Source: an uncultured Desulfovibrio sp.
Lineage (GTDB): Bacteria > Desulfobacterota > Desulfovibrionia > Desulfovibrionales > Desulfovibrionaceae
Direction of reading: 5' to 3'
Length of the DNA: 64,000 bases
Assembly (NCBI GenBank): GCA_947038175.1
Contig: CAMQVJ010000002.1
Location: 11,246 to 75,245, forward strand
Below, one piece after another: positions 51,854 to 61,105 of this stretch (position 1 is its first letter; every line of letters starts with the position of its first letter). The position numbers and the translations under genes are program-made. The notes under the pieces were generated by a model. It worked only from the letters and a program-made list of their open reading frames with translations. It ran no database searches and had not been told where the DNA came from.

Positions 51854-52864
51854 ATGACACATACAGATAAAGCGTTTCCCGTTGAGCATGCTGCGACTAG
51901 CATTCTAAACGATTTTTTAGCCCTTGTCGCAAGCACTTTTGATGCTCATTCCGTAGTTTTCTTTCAGCCAAACTCTGAAAATAGTCACGCCAATTTATTA
52001 GCACATTTTAGTATGAGCGATAGTATTGACAAAAATGCCATCATAGCACAAGGCAAAGGGCTTGTTGGCTGGGTTTTACGCAACAAAGAGCCCTTACTTT
52101 ATAATGTGGCAGAATATAATCAACCGAATCTTGGCTATTATACCGATGAAACAGAAGATTATATCCGATCTTTTATGGGCGCTCCTGTTCCTGGTGGTGG
52201 CGTGCTTTGTATGGATAGTAAAAAAGCTCATTTTTTCCATGAAAATAAACAACATCTCTTACACTTATTCGCAAAACTCATTCCGCAAATTCAAGAAATT
52301 ATAAAACAGTCAACCTGTTCAGATAACGTCGAAAGTTATTTCCGTGTACTTGAACAATTGGCGGATTTAAAAAAACGCTATAGCGGTTGGTCTTCTTACT
52401 TACGTAAGCTTTTGCGTATACTATCAGTAGGATGTGGATTTGAATATGTTGCTTTTGCCTCTTTATCCAGTAAACAAAACTATTATCTTGTGGAAGGTGA
52501 GTATCCGCCCTTGTTAACAGAAAAAGAGTTTTCTTTTTCGGGGGGCATTGTCGGTTGGGTCTTTAGAAATGAAGAAGTTGTGCAATCTGACGGCAAGGGA
52601 AGCGCTCCAACAACTCCAATATTTGGAAAAGTAGACTCCTTTCCTGCTTTTTGTTCTTCTATTTGTTTACCCATTAGAGTGGAAAAAAATACAGTTGCCG
52701 TCTTAACTCTTGCGTCAACAACACCAAAAGACCTAAATAATGAGCTAAAACTCCTTACAAGACTCATAAGCGAAGATTTAGCTCAATTCTTGGAAGTGGT
52801 TTCTCTTCGTTATCAGGTATATAAAGGGAAAAATAAGGGCGTAAGTGAAGACTCTACTCAATAA
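51854..52864 (+). CDS. GAF-domain protein (probably two GAF-like halves, no output domain)
   Basis: GLVGWVLRNKEPLLYNV and GIVGWVFRNEEVVQSD repeats typical of GAF ligand-binding folds. ATG at 51854. Confidence 0.6.
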   Translation: MTHTDKAFPVEHAATSILNDFLALVASTFDAHSVVFFQPNSENSHANLLAHFSMSDSIDKNAIIAQGKGLVGWVLRNKEPLLYNVAEYNQPNLGYYTDETEDYIRSFMGAPVPGGGVLCMDSKKAHFFHENKQHLLHLFAKLIPQIQEIIKQSTCSDNVESYFRVLEQLADLKKRYSGWSSYLRKLLRILSVGCGFEYVAFASLSSKQNYYLVEGEYPPLLTEKEFSFSGGIVGWVFRNEEVVQSDGKGSAPTTPIFGKVDSFPAFCSSICLPIRVEKNTVAVLTLASTTPKDLNNELKLLTRLISEDLAQFLEVVSLRYQVYKGKNKGVSEDSTQ

Positions 52865-52922
52865 AATATTTATTTTATCATTCACTCAAACAGATTTAAT
52901 TTTAGAATGATACAAGAATAAA

Positions 52923-53387
52923 TTATTTTTGGCACGGCATAAGACAACGCTCTTTATTCAAGTATTGCTTGAAGTGTTCAATGGCAATATCATGATCAAA
53001 GCAGAGCGGAGGAATATCGGCAATTTTATAAAACCGAGCTGCGCCAGCGTCATCACCTGCTTGTAGTAGGCGTATATCAAGAGCTTTTGCTACAAAAGTC
53101 ACCGTAAGGGTATGATAACGAGGGTCACGCTTCGGATCAGAATACACACCAAGAACACCTAAAAGCTCAACGTCAAGCCCCGTTTCTTCTTTCATTTCAC
53201 GAATCGCTGCATGTTCAACGCTTTCACCTGTATCAATAAATCCACCTGGAAGAGCAAGCCCGTGCGGCTCATTATTGCGCTCAATAAGCACAATACCTTT
53301 TGCATCATCATAAATGATGCAATCAGCGGTAGGATAAGGGTTATCGTACTTAGAAATATCTTTTTGGCAATGTGGGCATTTTTTCAT
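52923..53387 (-). CDS. NUDIX hydrolase with N-terminal CxxC
   Basis: Nudix box GGFIDTGESVEHAAIREMKEETGL. Confidence 0.9.
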   Translation of the reverse strand: MKKCPHCQKDISKYDNPYPTADCIIYDDAKGIVLIERNNEPHGLALPGGFIDTGESVEHAAIREMKEETGLDVELLGVLGVYSDPKRDPRYHTLTVTFVAKALDIRLLQAGDDAGAARFYKIADIPPLCFDHDIAIEHFKQYLNKERCLMPCQK

Positions 53388-53489
53388 ATAAACTCCCTTA
53401 TTTAATATTTACAGGAAAGAATCCCATTTTATTTAATGATTCTTGTAAAACTTATTCATTCCAATTCACAAAAAAGAAAGAAAATTCTA

Positions 53490-54116
53490 TTATTCTGTGC
53501 AGATAAAACCACAGTTTCTTATGCGCTCTAAATCCACGGAACCTTTGCGATGCACAAGCACTTCTTTATTGCCCCTTGGTTCAATAATGGTAGAGGCTAA
53601 ACCGCCATTTGGAGCAGGGGCAAGGTCAAGCACAGCGCCTATACTTTCCATAAAGGTCGTATCCATCTCCGTGATTTTGGTAACGGGCAAAATACCGCTT
53701 ATATTGGCACTACTAGAAACAAGAGGCTCTCCTAATTTTTGAGCAAGTTCCGTCGCCACAGGGTGGGAGCTTTGCCTAATAGCTATTCTTCCCGTGCCAC
53801 CTGTCAATAATGGCGAAAGTGTCACTCTAGCAGGTAAAATAAGAGATAATGGGCCAGGCCAAAATTCTTTAGCCAAGAGCTCCACATCATCTTGTAGTGA
53901 ACTTGAAAGTAAAGCCACCAGGGGAACTTGATTTATATTTGCAATAATAACAGGTAAGGGCATAGCGAGAAGGCGTTTTTTAAATTTAAAAACATCAGCT
54001 ATCGCCTGTTCAGAACTTATTTTGCAACCAAGAGCAAAAAAAGTTTCTGTTGGGTATATGAGTAGTTGATTATTTTTTAGTATATCAATTGCGTGATTTA
54101 TATCTTGCAAAAACAT
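53490..54116 (-). CDS. tsaC: L-threonylcarbamoyladenylate synthase (TsaC/YrdC family)
   Basis: YPTETFFALGC, SLILP, SSANISG motifs. 208 aa (short YrdC form). Confidence 0.85.
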   Translation of the reverse strand: MFLQDINHAIDILKNNQLLIYPTETFFALGCKISSEQAIADVFKFKKRLLAMPLPVIIANINQVPLVALLSSSLQDDVELLAKEFWPGPLSLILPARVTLSPLLTGGTGRIAIRQSSHPVATELAQKLGEPLVSSSANISGILPVTKITEMDTTFMESIGAVLDLAPAPNGGLASTIIEPRGNKEVLVHRKGSVDLERIRNCGFICTE

Positions 54117-54221
54117 ATATACCTCATTTATTTTATATTTTTATTTTAGTAATTTATTTCTAAAGTATACGCTTTTTTGCAGATTTAATACAATGGAAAA
54201 AACAATAGAAAAATTAAGATT

Positions 54222-55436
54222 TTACTCCCAAGGTAAACCCATACCGCTATGTTCCACGGGCCCATCAAGCCCTTTGCCGAGCTGATTATCTTTTGGAACA
54301 CCTATTTCTAAAGCAGAATCTGGTACCACGCTATTACCTGGAACAATTTCTGTTTCTGGATTATGAGCTGCCCAGCTGTACCAAAAGGAATAAATTCCAA
54401 AAATTTCTTGTACATAAGCACCAAGATAATTACCAGAAAGACAGACCCCATCCATGCTCCATGTGCTTTTTGTATGAAAATCTAAGAGTTTTTTATCTAC
54501 AATTTTAAAAATTAGAGGGTCCTTACCATCCCATACTGATCGTTTAAACACCCGTACAACTCCAAGACGGTCATCGTAAATAGCAACAAGAGGATGTTCA
54601 CCAAAGAAAAAATTAACACTTTTCTTTTTCTTTATATATTCAATCTCTATTGCCATAAACTTGTTATCCATCTCAATACCAATAATTTGAGATTTCAATC
54701 CTAAACGAGTGTCGACCTTTGAAACAGGATAGATTAAGGAATCATTATGGTAAAAACTCTCTTTATCTAAAAACGATCCATAGGGGTCTTTTCCATAACG
54801 CTGCCCTCCACGAGGAGTGCTGAGAACTTTTGCATTTTTTTGACGAGTAAAAAAAACTCTCGCCTTATCCCATGTGGTCCAATAGCAAGGTAATATTTCA
54901 AGTCCTACCCCCTGTAATGTTCCAAAAAAAGACAAGCCATACATTTGAGACCATAAACTATTTGTATTATTATCGATTAAAACACTATTGGCATTATACT
55001 GTGAACCATTATATTGCAGTTGCAAAAAATACTCTTTTTTTCGTGTATTATAAACAGCCAAAGAACCTGAAACAGGACTATATGTCACCGCAAAGGCTTT
55101 ATCTTTTCTAATAATATTCATGACCTCATGCCAAACCATAATTTTTTGAGGTATAATTAAAACATCTCGTTCCTTTAAGGGTTTTTCTGGCCCTATAGGA
55201 ATAATAAAAACAATATCATCATCATCTAAAGACATGGAAGCTGCGCCCACCTCAATAAACCGTTGGTTATTGAGTGCAGGAAATTCGGCAGCGCCTAGAC
55301 CAGTAGCAACAATGGATTCAACCACCAGCTCTAAATCTGCTTTTGTTTGTGGAAATGCTCCTGCAAAAGGGACATAAAACAAAGACAAGGCGAATACAAA
55401 TATTTGGAAATATTTCTTTTTGTCAAAAATAAACAT
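54222..55436 (-). CDS. Secreted DUF3179-like protein
   Basis: Signal peptide. Blocks HEVMN..AVTYSPVSGS and NSLWSQ resemble DUF3179 (HEVVND..VTYCPLCGS, SLWSQ) from memory. The family Cys residues are replaced here. Confidence 0.5.
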   Translation of the reverse strand: MFIFDKKKYFQIFVFALSLFYVPFAGAFPQTKADLELVVESIVATGLGAAEFPALNNQRFIEVGAASMSLDDDDIVFIIPIGPEKPLKERDVLIIPQKIMVWHEVMNIIRKDKAFAVTYSPVSGSLAVYNTRKKEYFLQLQYNGSQYNANSVLIDNNTNSLWSQMYGLSFFGTLQGVGLEILPCYWTTWDKARVFFTRQKNAKVLSTPRGGQRYGKDPYGSFLDKESFYHNDSLIYPVSKVDTRLGLKSQIIGIEMDNKFMAIEIEYIKKKKSVNFFFGEHPLVAIYDDRLGVVRVFKRSVWDGKDPLIFKIVDKKLLDFHTKSTWSMDGVCLSGNYLGAYVQEIFGIYSFWYSWAAHNPETEIVPGNSVVPDSALEIGVPKDNQLGKGLDGPVEHSGMGLPWE

Positions 55437-55600
55437 GATAACTCCGTAGACTTAATCCGATAACGACGTGCTTTCAATATAATTTAAATATGTATAATTT
55501 CAAAGAGTATTTTTATACAATAAAAATACATAGTTAAATAAAAACAAAGAGAAGGGGAGTGCTATAGCTTACTTTTCTTAAAAATGGCGCCACTATTAAC

Positions 55601-55638
55601 AAAAAAACGAGCTTATGTTAAAACACAAGCTCGTTTTT
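55601..55638 (-). terminator. Intrinsic (bidirectional-looking) terminator downstream of the DUF465 gene
   Basis: Stem AACGAGCTT/AAGCTCGTT, 12-nt loop, A7 upstream and T5 downstream on the + strand. Confidence 0.75.
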
Positions 55639-55661
55639 ACTGAATATTTATCCCTTCAAGC

Positions 55662-55880
55662 TTAAGATAACTCTTCAATTCTATCGTGTAAGTTCGTTTT
55701 AATTTCGAGTTTTTCTTTCTTTAAGGTTTTCATCTCTTGTTCTTCTTGCGGCGTATAGAATTTTTTTGATTCCATCTTATCAATTTGTTTTTTAAGTAAA
55801 GTATGCTTATCCCATAATTCTTGTAATTCTGGGTGATTAGGGGCTAAACTTTCGAGTACTTTCAATTCTTGTTCGTCCAT
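55662..55880 (-). CDS. DUF465 (YdcH-like) small coiled-coil protein
   Basis: 72 aa from the internal ATG at 55880: MDEQELKVLES..HPELQELWDKHTLLKKQIDKME... The longer track ORF overlaps yggT and is unlikely to be real. Confidence 0.6.
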   Translation of the reverse strand: MDEQELKVLESLAPNHPELQELWDKHTLLKKQIDKMESKKFYTPQEEQEMKTLKKEKLEIKTNLHDRIEELS

Positions 55881-55948
55881 AACATACACTCCATTTTTGT
55901 GGTTAATCAAAGATAATTTAAAACAAAATCTTCGAATGAGACAAAATA

Positions 55949-56251
55949 TTAGAATCCTGTAGCAAGTTGGTACAAACTTTGAACAACAACACCTTTTACC
56001 AGTTGTATCGCAATTATAAGCACGATTGGAGATAAATCCAAACCGCCTATAAAAACAAAAGGTAACCATTTACGGATACGATAAAAAACAGGCTCTGTAA
56101 GAACACGCAGCGTTCTCACAATAGGGTTGTAAGGGTCAGCGTTTACCCAAGTCACAAGGCATGCCACAAGTACAACTATAGAATAAACTGTTAGTAATGA
56201 ATCGAGTATTCCTGCTACTGTAAGCAAGAAATTTCCTAAAACAAAAGACAT
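55949..56251 (-). CDS. yggT: YggT-family membrane protein
   Basis: 100 aa, two hydrophobic halves, W(V/I)..DPYNPIVR..L..LTEP motif typical of YggT. Confidence 0.7.
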   Translation of the reverse strand: MSFVLGNFLLTVAGILDSLLTVYSIVVLVACLVTWVNADPYNPIVRTLRVLTEPVFYRIRKWLPFVFIGGLDLSPIVLIIAIQLVKGVVVQSLYQLATGF

Positions 56252-56353
56252 ATAACCTCCGTGTCCTAAAACACGCTTTTCTAATATAGACTATACTATA
56301 CATTGTTTTAAGAGATAAAGTCAAGATAGAACTTTATCTCTATTTATTCCTAA

Positions 56354-56875
56354 TTAGGAACATTGACAACGTAAAGACTTTATTCCCTCTTCAAAAAGAA
56401 TATCTACTTTATTAGGAGGAAAAACATCAATAACCATCCCCATACCAAAAACAGGGTGATCAACAAGATTTGCAAGGAAAAGTTCAGATGTCATAGAATA
56501 TGCGACAGGTGTTGCTGGATTTGAAGCGACTGCTTTCTGCCATTTTTGCTGTAATTCTTCTGCTGTTTTTGCAGAGATTTTTCCAGCTTTTGTAGTAGTT
56601 GCTTTTTTTGCAGCAGTGGTGCTGCTTGTACGAGACGTTTTCGCAACTTTTTCTTTCACCGCATCAGAACGTTCTTCACCTGCTCGCACACGCAAAGCTT
56701 TGGCTTGTTTTGGTTCTTTCTTTTGAGCTGGTGGATAATATTTATGAACACTACCACACGCGCAACATTCTACCTTCGCAATTTCACCGTCTAACATGGA
56801 TACAATAATATGTCCCAAAATGTCTTTGCATCTTGTACAACGTGACTCTAATCTTTCACCTGGTGTAAATCCCAT
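56354..56875 (-). CDS. Zinc-ribbon protein with a Lys/Ala/Thr-rich linker and a C-terminal small beta-barrel-like segment
   Basis: CTRC..CCACG zinc ribbon, linker AKTSRTSSTTAAKKATTTKAGK, C-terminus VDHPVFGMGMVIDVF..VDILFEEGIKSL. ATG at 56875 with GAGG upstream. Confidence 0.5.
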   Translation of the reverse strand: MGFTPGERLESRCTRCKDILGHIIVSMLDGEIAKVECCACGSVHKYYPPAQKKEPKQAKALRVRAGEERSDAVKEKVAKTSRTSSTTAAKKATTTKAGKISAKTAEELQQKWQKAVASNPATPVAYSMTSELFLANLVDHPVFGMGMVIDVFPPNKVDILFEEGIKSLRCQCS

Positions 56876-57096
56876 TATGTCCTCTCTCACAGCTAAAACA
56901 TTATTAAACTATATTAAAAACCAATAACAAAGTATCTTATACGTACCTGTGTATAAACACACTATATAGCAAAGTTTCCCATAATACAATTTTTATTAAA
57001 TAAATTTATTTATTCAATGAATATTAGACATATAAATCAAATAAATTCAATTAATTAAACGTGTTTTTTATATTAGAAATTTTTATTTATAAACTT

Positions 57097-57125
57097 TTGA
57101 CTATATTGCTTTCTAAGTATAGTAT
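57097..57125 (+). promoter_or_regulatory. Putative sigma-70 promoter for ilvBN (TTGACT-N17-TAGTAT)
   Basis: Hexamers read directly, about 90 nt upstream of the ilvB ATG. Confidence 0.35.
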
Positions 57126-57212
57126 GCATGAATGAATTTGATTCGTATTCCGCTCTATACATTATATAGGGATGTGAACACAAAGGCTTTAACGGAGTAA
57201 AAGGACGCAATT

Positions 57213-58913
57213 ATGGAAATGACAGGCGCAGCGATATTAATGGAGTGTTTAAAGCGAGAAGGCGTTGATGTACTTTTTGGCTATCCTGGAGGGGCTGTTC
57301 TAGACCTTTACCATGAAATGCCTAATCATCCTGAAATTCATCACGTTCTTGTTCGCCACGAACAAGGTGCAGCGCATGCCGCCGATGGATACGCAAGAGC
57401 TTCAGGCAAAGTCGGTGTATGCATAGCAACAAGTGGCCCTGGTGCAACAAATACCGTTACAGGTCTTGCCACTGCCTATGCTGACTCTATACCTATGGTG
57501 CTTGTAACTGGTCAAGTTCATACGCATTTAATAGGTAATGACGCTTTCCAAGAAGTGGATATTGTGGGTATCACTCGCCCATGCACAAAGCATAATTATC
57601 TTGTGAAAGATTTAGCTCTCCTACCAAGAATAGTACGAGAAGCTTTTCATTTGGCTCGTTCTGGTCGTCCTGGTCCTGTTCTTGTGGATTTTCCAAAAGA
57701 CCTTATGACGCAAAAAATAGAATTTGTATGGCCACAAGAAATTCGCATGCGAAACTATAACCCCACCTATCGCCCAAACCTGAATCAATTACGCCGTGCG
57801 GCTGATTGTATTTTACAGGCGAAACGCCCTATTATTTTAGCAGGTGGTGGTGTTATTTCAGCGAATTGCTCGGACATACTTCGTGCCTTTATCAATACCT
57901 ATCAAATACCTGTCACATCTACACTTATGGGTATGGGCGCTATTTCCACCAAAGACGAATTATTTCTTGGGATGCTTGGTATGCATGGTACATACGCTGC
58001 AAATAAAGCGATTAGCGATACTGACCTTATTGTTGCCATCGGCGCACGCTTTGATGACCGTGTTACAGGTCGCCTTGATACGTTTGCAAAGAACGCAAAA
58101 ATTGTACATATCGATGTTGACCCAACGTCGATTCGTAAAAATGTGCATGTTGACGTTCCTGTTGTGGGTAACTGTTTGCCTGCACTTCAAGAACTTAATG
58201 AAGTGCTCACGGCTCGTTTAGAAGCAAATCCTATGGATATTCCTAGCGAACGAAAAGAGTGGCTTGATAAACTTATGTTGTGGAAAAAGACACATCCGCT
58301 TTGCTATAACGCAAAAAAGGAAGATTTACGCCCACAGCAAGTGCTTGAAGCCGTCGCAAAAATTATTCCTAACGATTATATCATTACCACCGAAGTTGGA
58401 CAGCATCAAATGTGGGCAGCGCAGTTCTTAGAATACAAAGAACCTCGCACACTTATCACCTCTGGTGGCCTAGGTACTATGGGCTATGGTCTTCCTGCTG
58501 CTATCGGTGCGCAATTCGCTTATCCTAACAAAAAGGTTATTTGCGTTGCTGGAGATGGTTCTATTCAAATGAATAGTCAAGAACTTATGACAGCCGTCGC
58601 CAATAAATTACCTATCAAAATTCTTATTCTGAATAATGGGTATTTAGGCATGGTGCGTCAATGGCAAGAATTCTTCTATGAAAAAAATTATAGCCACACC
58701 GACATGCTTGCACAACCTGATTTTGTGAAATTAGCAGAAGCCTATGGTGCACAAGGTTATAGAATCAAAACAGAAGAAGATTTAGCCACAATTCTGCCAG
58801 AAGCTTTATTGTCACCTCATACAGCCGTAATTGATGTTGCCGTTGAAAGAGAAGAAAATGTTTATCCCATGGTGCCTGCTGGGGCTGCTTTGGGTGATAT
58901 GCTTTTAGTATAG
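57213..58913 (+). CDS. ilvB: Acetolactate synthase (acetohydroxyacid synthase) large subunit
   Basis: ThDP enzyme: GYPGGA, GPGATN, GGLGTMGYGLPAAIGA, GDGSIQMN. 566 aa. Confidence 0.95.
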   Translation: MEMTGAAILMECLKREGVDVLFGYPGGAVLDLYHEMPNHPEIHHVLVRHEQGAAHAADGYARASGKVGVCIATSGPGATNTVTGLATAYADSIPMVLVTGQVHTHLIGNDAFQEVDIVGITRPCTKHNYLVKDLALLPRIVREAFHLARSGRPGPVLVDFPKDLMTQKIEFVWPQEIRMRNYNPTYRPNLNQLRRAADCILQAKRPIILAGGGVISANCSDILRAFINTYQIPVTSTLMGMGAISTKDELFLGMLGMHGTYAANKAISDTDLIVAIGARFDDRVTGRLDTFAKNAKIVHIDVDPTSIRKNVHVDVPVVGNCLPALQELNEVLTARLEANPMDIPSERKEWLDKLMLWKKTHPLCYNAKKEDLRPQQVLEAVAKIIPNDYIITTEVGQHQMWAAQFLEYKEPRTLITSGGLGTMGYGLPAAIGAQFAYPNKKVICVAGDGSIQMNSQELMTAVANKLPIKILILNNGYLGMVRQWQEFFYEKNYSHTDMLAQPDFVKLAEAYGAQGYRIKTEEDLATILPEALLSPHTAVIDVAVEREENVYPMVPAGAALGDMLLV

Positions 58914-58922
58914 GAGAAGACC

Positions 58923-59411
58923 ATGCGACGTGTATTATCCATTCTTGTAGAAAACGAACCTGGCGTTCTTTCCCGTGTAGCTGGTCTTTTTAGTGGACGA
59001 GGCTTCAATATTGAATCTTTAAATGTTGCTCCTACCCTTGAAGAAGGGGTGTCCCTTATGACAGTAACCACCTACGGCGATGAGCAAATTGTTGAACAAA
59101 TTGTTAAACAACTCCGCAAGGTTGTGAGTGTTATCAAGGTTGTTGACTTCAAAGATCATTCTCATGTTGACCGTGAAATGATGCTTATGAAAGTAAACGC
59201 TGAAGAAACAAAGCGTGAAGAGATTCTACGAATTGTTGATATTTTTCGCTGTAAAGTTGTGGATGTTAGTGTCAATGAATTCACCATTGAAGCAACTGGA
59301 ACACACGACAAATTACAAGCAATAGTCAGCCTGCTCATGCGTTTTGGCATTAAAGAAATCGCTCGTACTGGAACAGTCGCCATGAAACGTGCTATGCAAT
59401 TTGAACAATAA
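58923..59411 (+). CDS. ilvN: Acetolactate synthase small (regulatory) subunit
   Basis: ACT domain LSILVENEPGVLSRVAGLFSGRGFNIESL. 162 aa. Follows ilvB. Confidence 0.92.
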   Translation: MRRVLSILVENEPGVLSRVAGLFSGRGFNIESLNVAPTLEEGVSLMTVTTYGDEQIVEQIVKQLRKVVSVIKVVDFKDHSHVDREMMLMKVNAEETKREEILRIVDIFRCKVVDVSVNEFTIEATGTHDKLQAIVSLLMRFGIKEIARTGTVAMKRAMQFEQ

Positions 59412-59423
59412 CAGCAGGGCATT

Positions 59424-60167
59424 GTGGATCTTACAGAAAATAGTATAGTACTGCGAACGGGCAAATTTCGTGAATCGGATGTATGGGTAAAAATGCTCAC
59501 CGCCAATCATGGAATGCTGACGGTTTTCGCCTTTGGTGGAAGCCGTAGTCGCAAGCGCTTTACGGGCTGTCTCGATTCGTACAATTATATTCTTTCACGT
59601 GTAAGCTCTTCAAAAAATGGACAGTTTCTTAATTTACAGGAAGCGTCTTTATTGGAAAGTTATTCCAATATTAGAGTGGACTGGAAAAAACAAGGCCTTG
59701 TCGCTAATTGCATACGTTTTTTAGAAGCTCTTGGCGTCAACCCTGTAGATGCTGACAAAATATTTTTAATCACAAAAGCATTACTCCTTTTTATTAATAA
59801 AGCGGAAAGTGTGCACCCTATGATACCTCTTTTATATCGATTTCGTATGGCCGCTGAATACGGCTATGCACTTGATGCAAGTCGTTGTTATACATGTGGG
59901 CAAAGCTTAGATGCTGGTGCATTTTTCCTTGTTACTGATGGGTATTGTGTTTGTAAGTCATGCAAACCACAAGGCATTATGAGCTTATACGCCTCAAAAG
60001 AATGCCTTGATATTCTTGTACATATTCAAGAATATTCCCCCGAATACTGGGGAGAATATAAGCCGTCAACCGAAGTTTGGCGGGAAATGGGACGTATTAT
60101 TGATGCGTTAGTTCGCTATCATTTAGGTTTAGAATGGGCCGATGGGCGTTTTAAAAAAATGTATTAA
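59424..60167 (+). CDS. recO: DNA repair protein RecO
   Basis: OB-fold N-terminus (IVLRTGKFRESD), C-terminal CxxC..CxxC zinc motif. GTG start. Upstream of glyQS. Confidence 0.8.
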   Translation: MDLTENSIVLRTGKFRESDVWVKMLTANHGMLTVFAFGGSRSRKRFTGCLDSYNYILSRVSSSKNGQFLNLQEASLLESYSNIRVDWKKQGLVANCIRFLEALGVNPVDADKIFLITKALLLFINKAESVHPMIPLLYRFRMAAEYGYALDASRCYTCGQSLDAGAFFLVTDGYCVCKSCKPQGIMSLYASKECLDILVHIQEYSPEYWGEYKPSTEVWREMGRIIDALVRYHLGLEWADGRFKKMY

Positions 60168-60206
60168 TACCTTTATATTGAAACTGTTGAAACGTAGGAG
60201 TTAGGT

Positions 60207-61091
60207 ATGAATTTTCAAGATGTTATACTAACATTGCAAAATTACTGGGCAAAACAAGGTTGTGTTATTATGCAACCTATGGACATTGAATGTGGTGCAG
60301 GGACGTTTAATCCTTCCACTTTTTTACGTGTATTAGGCCCAGAGCCTTGGGATGCTGCGTATGTTGAACCTTCTCGCCGTCCAACCGATGGGCGCTATGG
60401 TGATAATCCAAACCGCTTACAACATTATTTTCAATTTCAAGCTATTATGAAGCCATCACCTGACAATATTCAAGATCTTTATCTTGATAGTCTAAGAGCT
60501 CTAGGGCTTGACCTTACCAAACATGATATCCGCTTTGTCGAAGACGATTGGGAATCTCCAACTCTTGGCGCATGGGGACTTGGTTGGGAAGTTTGGCTAA
60601 ACGGTATGGAAGTGACACAGTTCACCTATTTCCAACAAGTTGGCGGTGTTGAACTCAACCCAATCACCGTTGAACTTACCTATGGCCTTGAAAGACTTGT
60701 TATGTATTTACAAGATAAAGATTCCGTTTATGACATCATGTGGAATGATAAAGTCACCTACGGACAAGTATATCATCAAAACGAAGTAGAGCAGTCTCGC
60801 TATAATTTTGAAGTAAGCGATGCAGCCATGCATTTACAACATTTCAATGATTTTGAGGCGGAGTGTAAAACCCTTATCGACCTCAAACTCCCACTCCCTG
60901 CTTATGATTATTGCATGAAATGTTCACATACCTTCAATCTCTTAGATGCGAGAAATGCCATTTCTATCACAGAAAGAGCAGGGTATATTGGCCGAGTAAG
61001 AACACTTGCTTCTGGGATTTCCAAACTTTACGTTGAACAACGTGAAACCCTTGGTTTCCCTCTTATGCCACAAAATAAGAAAAATTCGTAA
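60207..61091 (+). CDS. glyQ: Glycyl-tRNA synthetase alpha subunit
   Basis: Highly conserved [34 protein letters not shown] motifs. Confidence 0.97.
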   Translation: MNFQDVILTLQNYWAKQGCVIMQPMDIECGAGTFNPSTFLRVLGPEPWDAAYVEPSRRPTDGRYGDNPNRLQHYFQFQAIMKPSPDNIQDLYLDSLRALGLDLTKHDIRFVEDDWESPTLGAWGLGWEVWLNGMEVTQFTYFQQVGGVELNPITVELTYGLERLVMYLQDKDSVYDIMWNDKVTYGQVYHQNEVEQSRYNFEVSDAAMHLQHFNDFEAECKTLIDLKLPLPAYDYCMKCSHTFNLLDARNAISITERAGYIGRVRTLASGISKLYVEQRETLGFPLMPQNKKNS

Positions 61092-61105
61092 GTAAGGAAA
61101 TAAAC

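Noticed and set aside
55662-56069. 135-aa track ORF overlapping yggT
   Set aside because: Its N-terminal 63 residues are Cys/Arg-rich translation of the antisense or overlap region of yggT. The internal ATG at 55880 gives a typical 72-aa DUF465 protein that does not overlap yggT.
57017-57058. 13-codon Ile-rich mini-ORF (MNIRHINQINSIN) as a possible ilvBN attenuation leader peptide
   Set aside because: It lies upstream of the best promoter candidate (57097..57125) and has no RBS. No alternative terminator/antiterminator hairpins follow it. ATA and ATT codons are expected by chance in this very AT-rich spacer.
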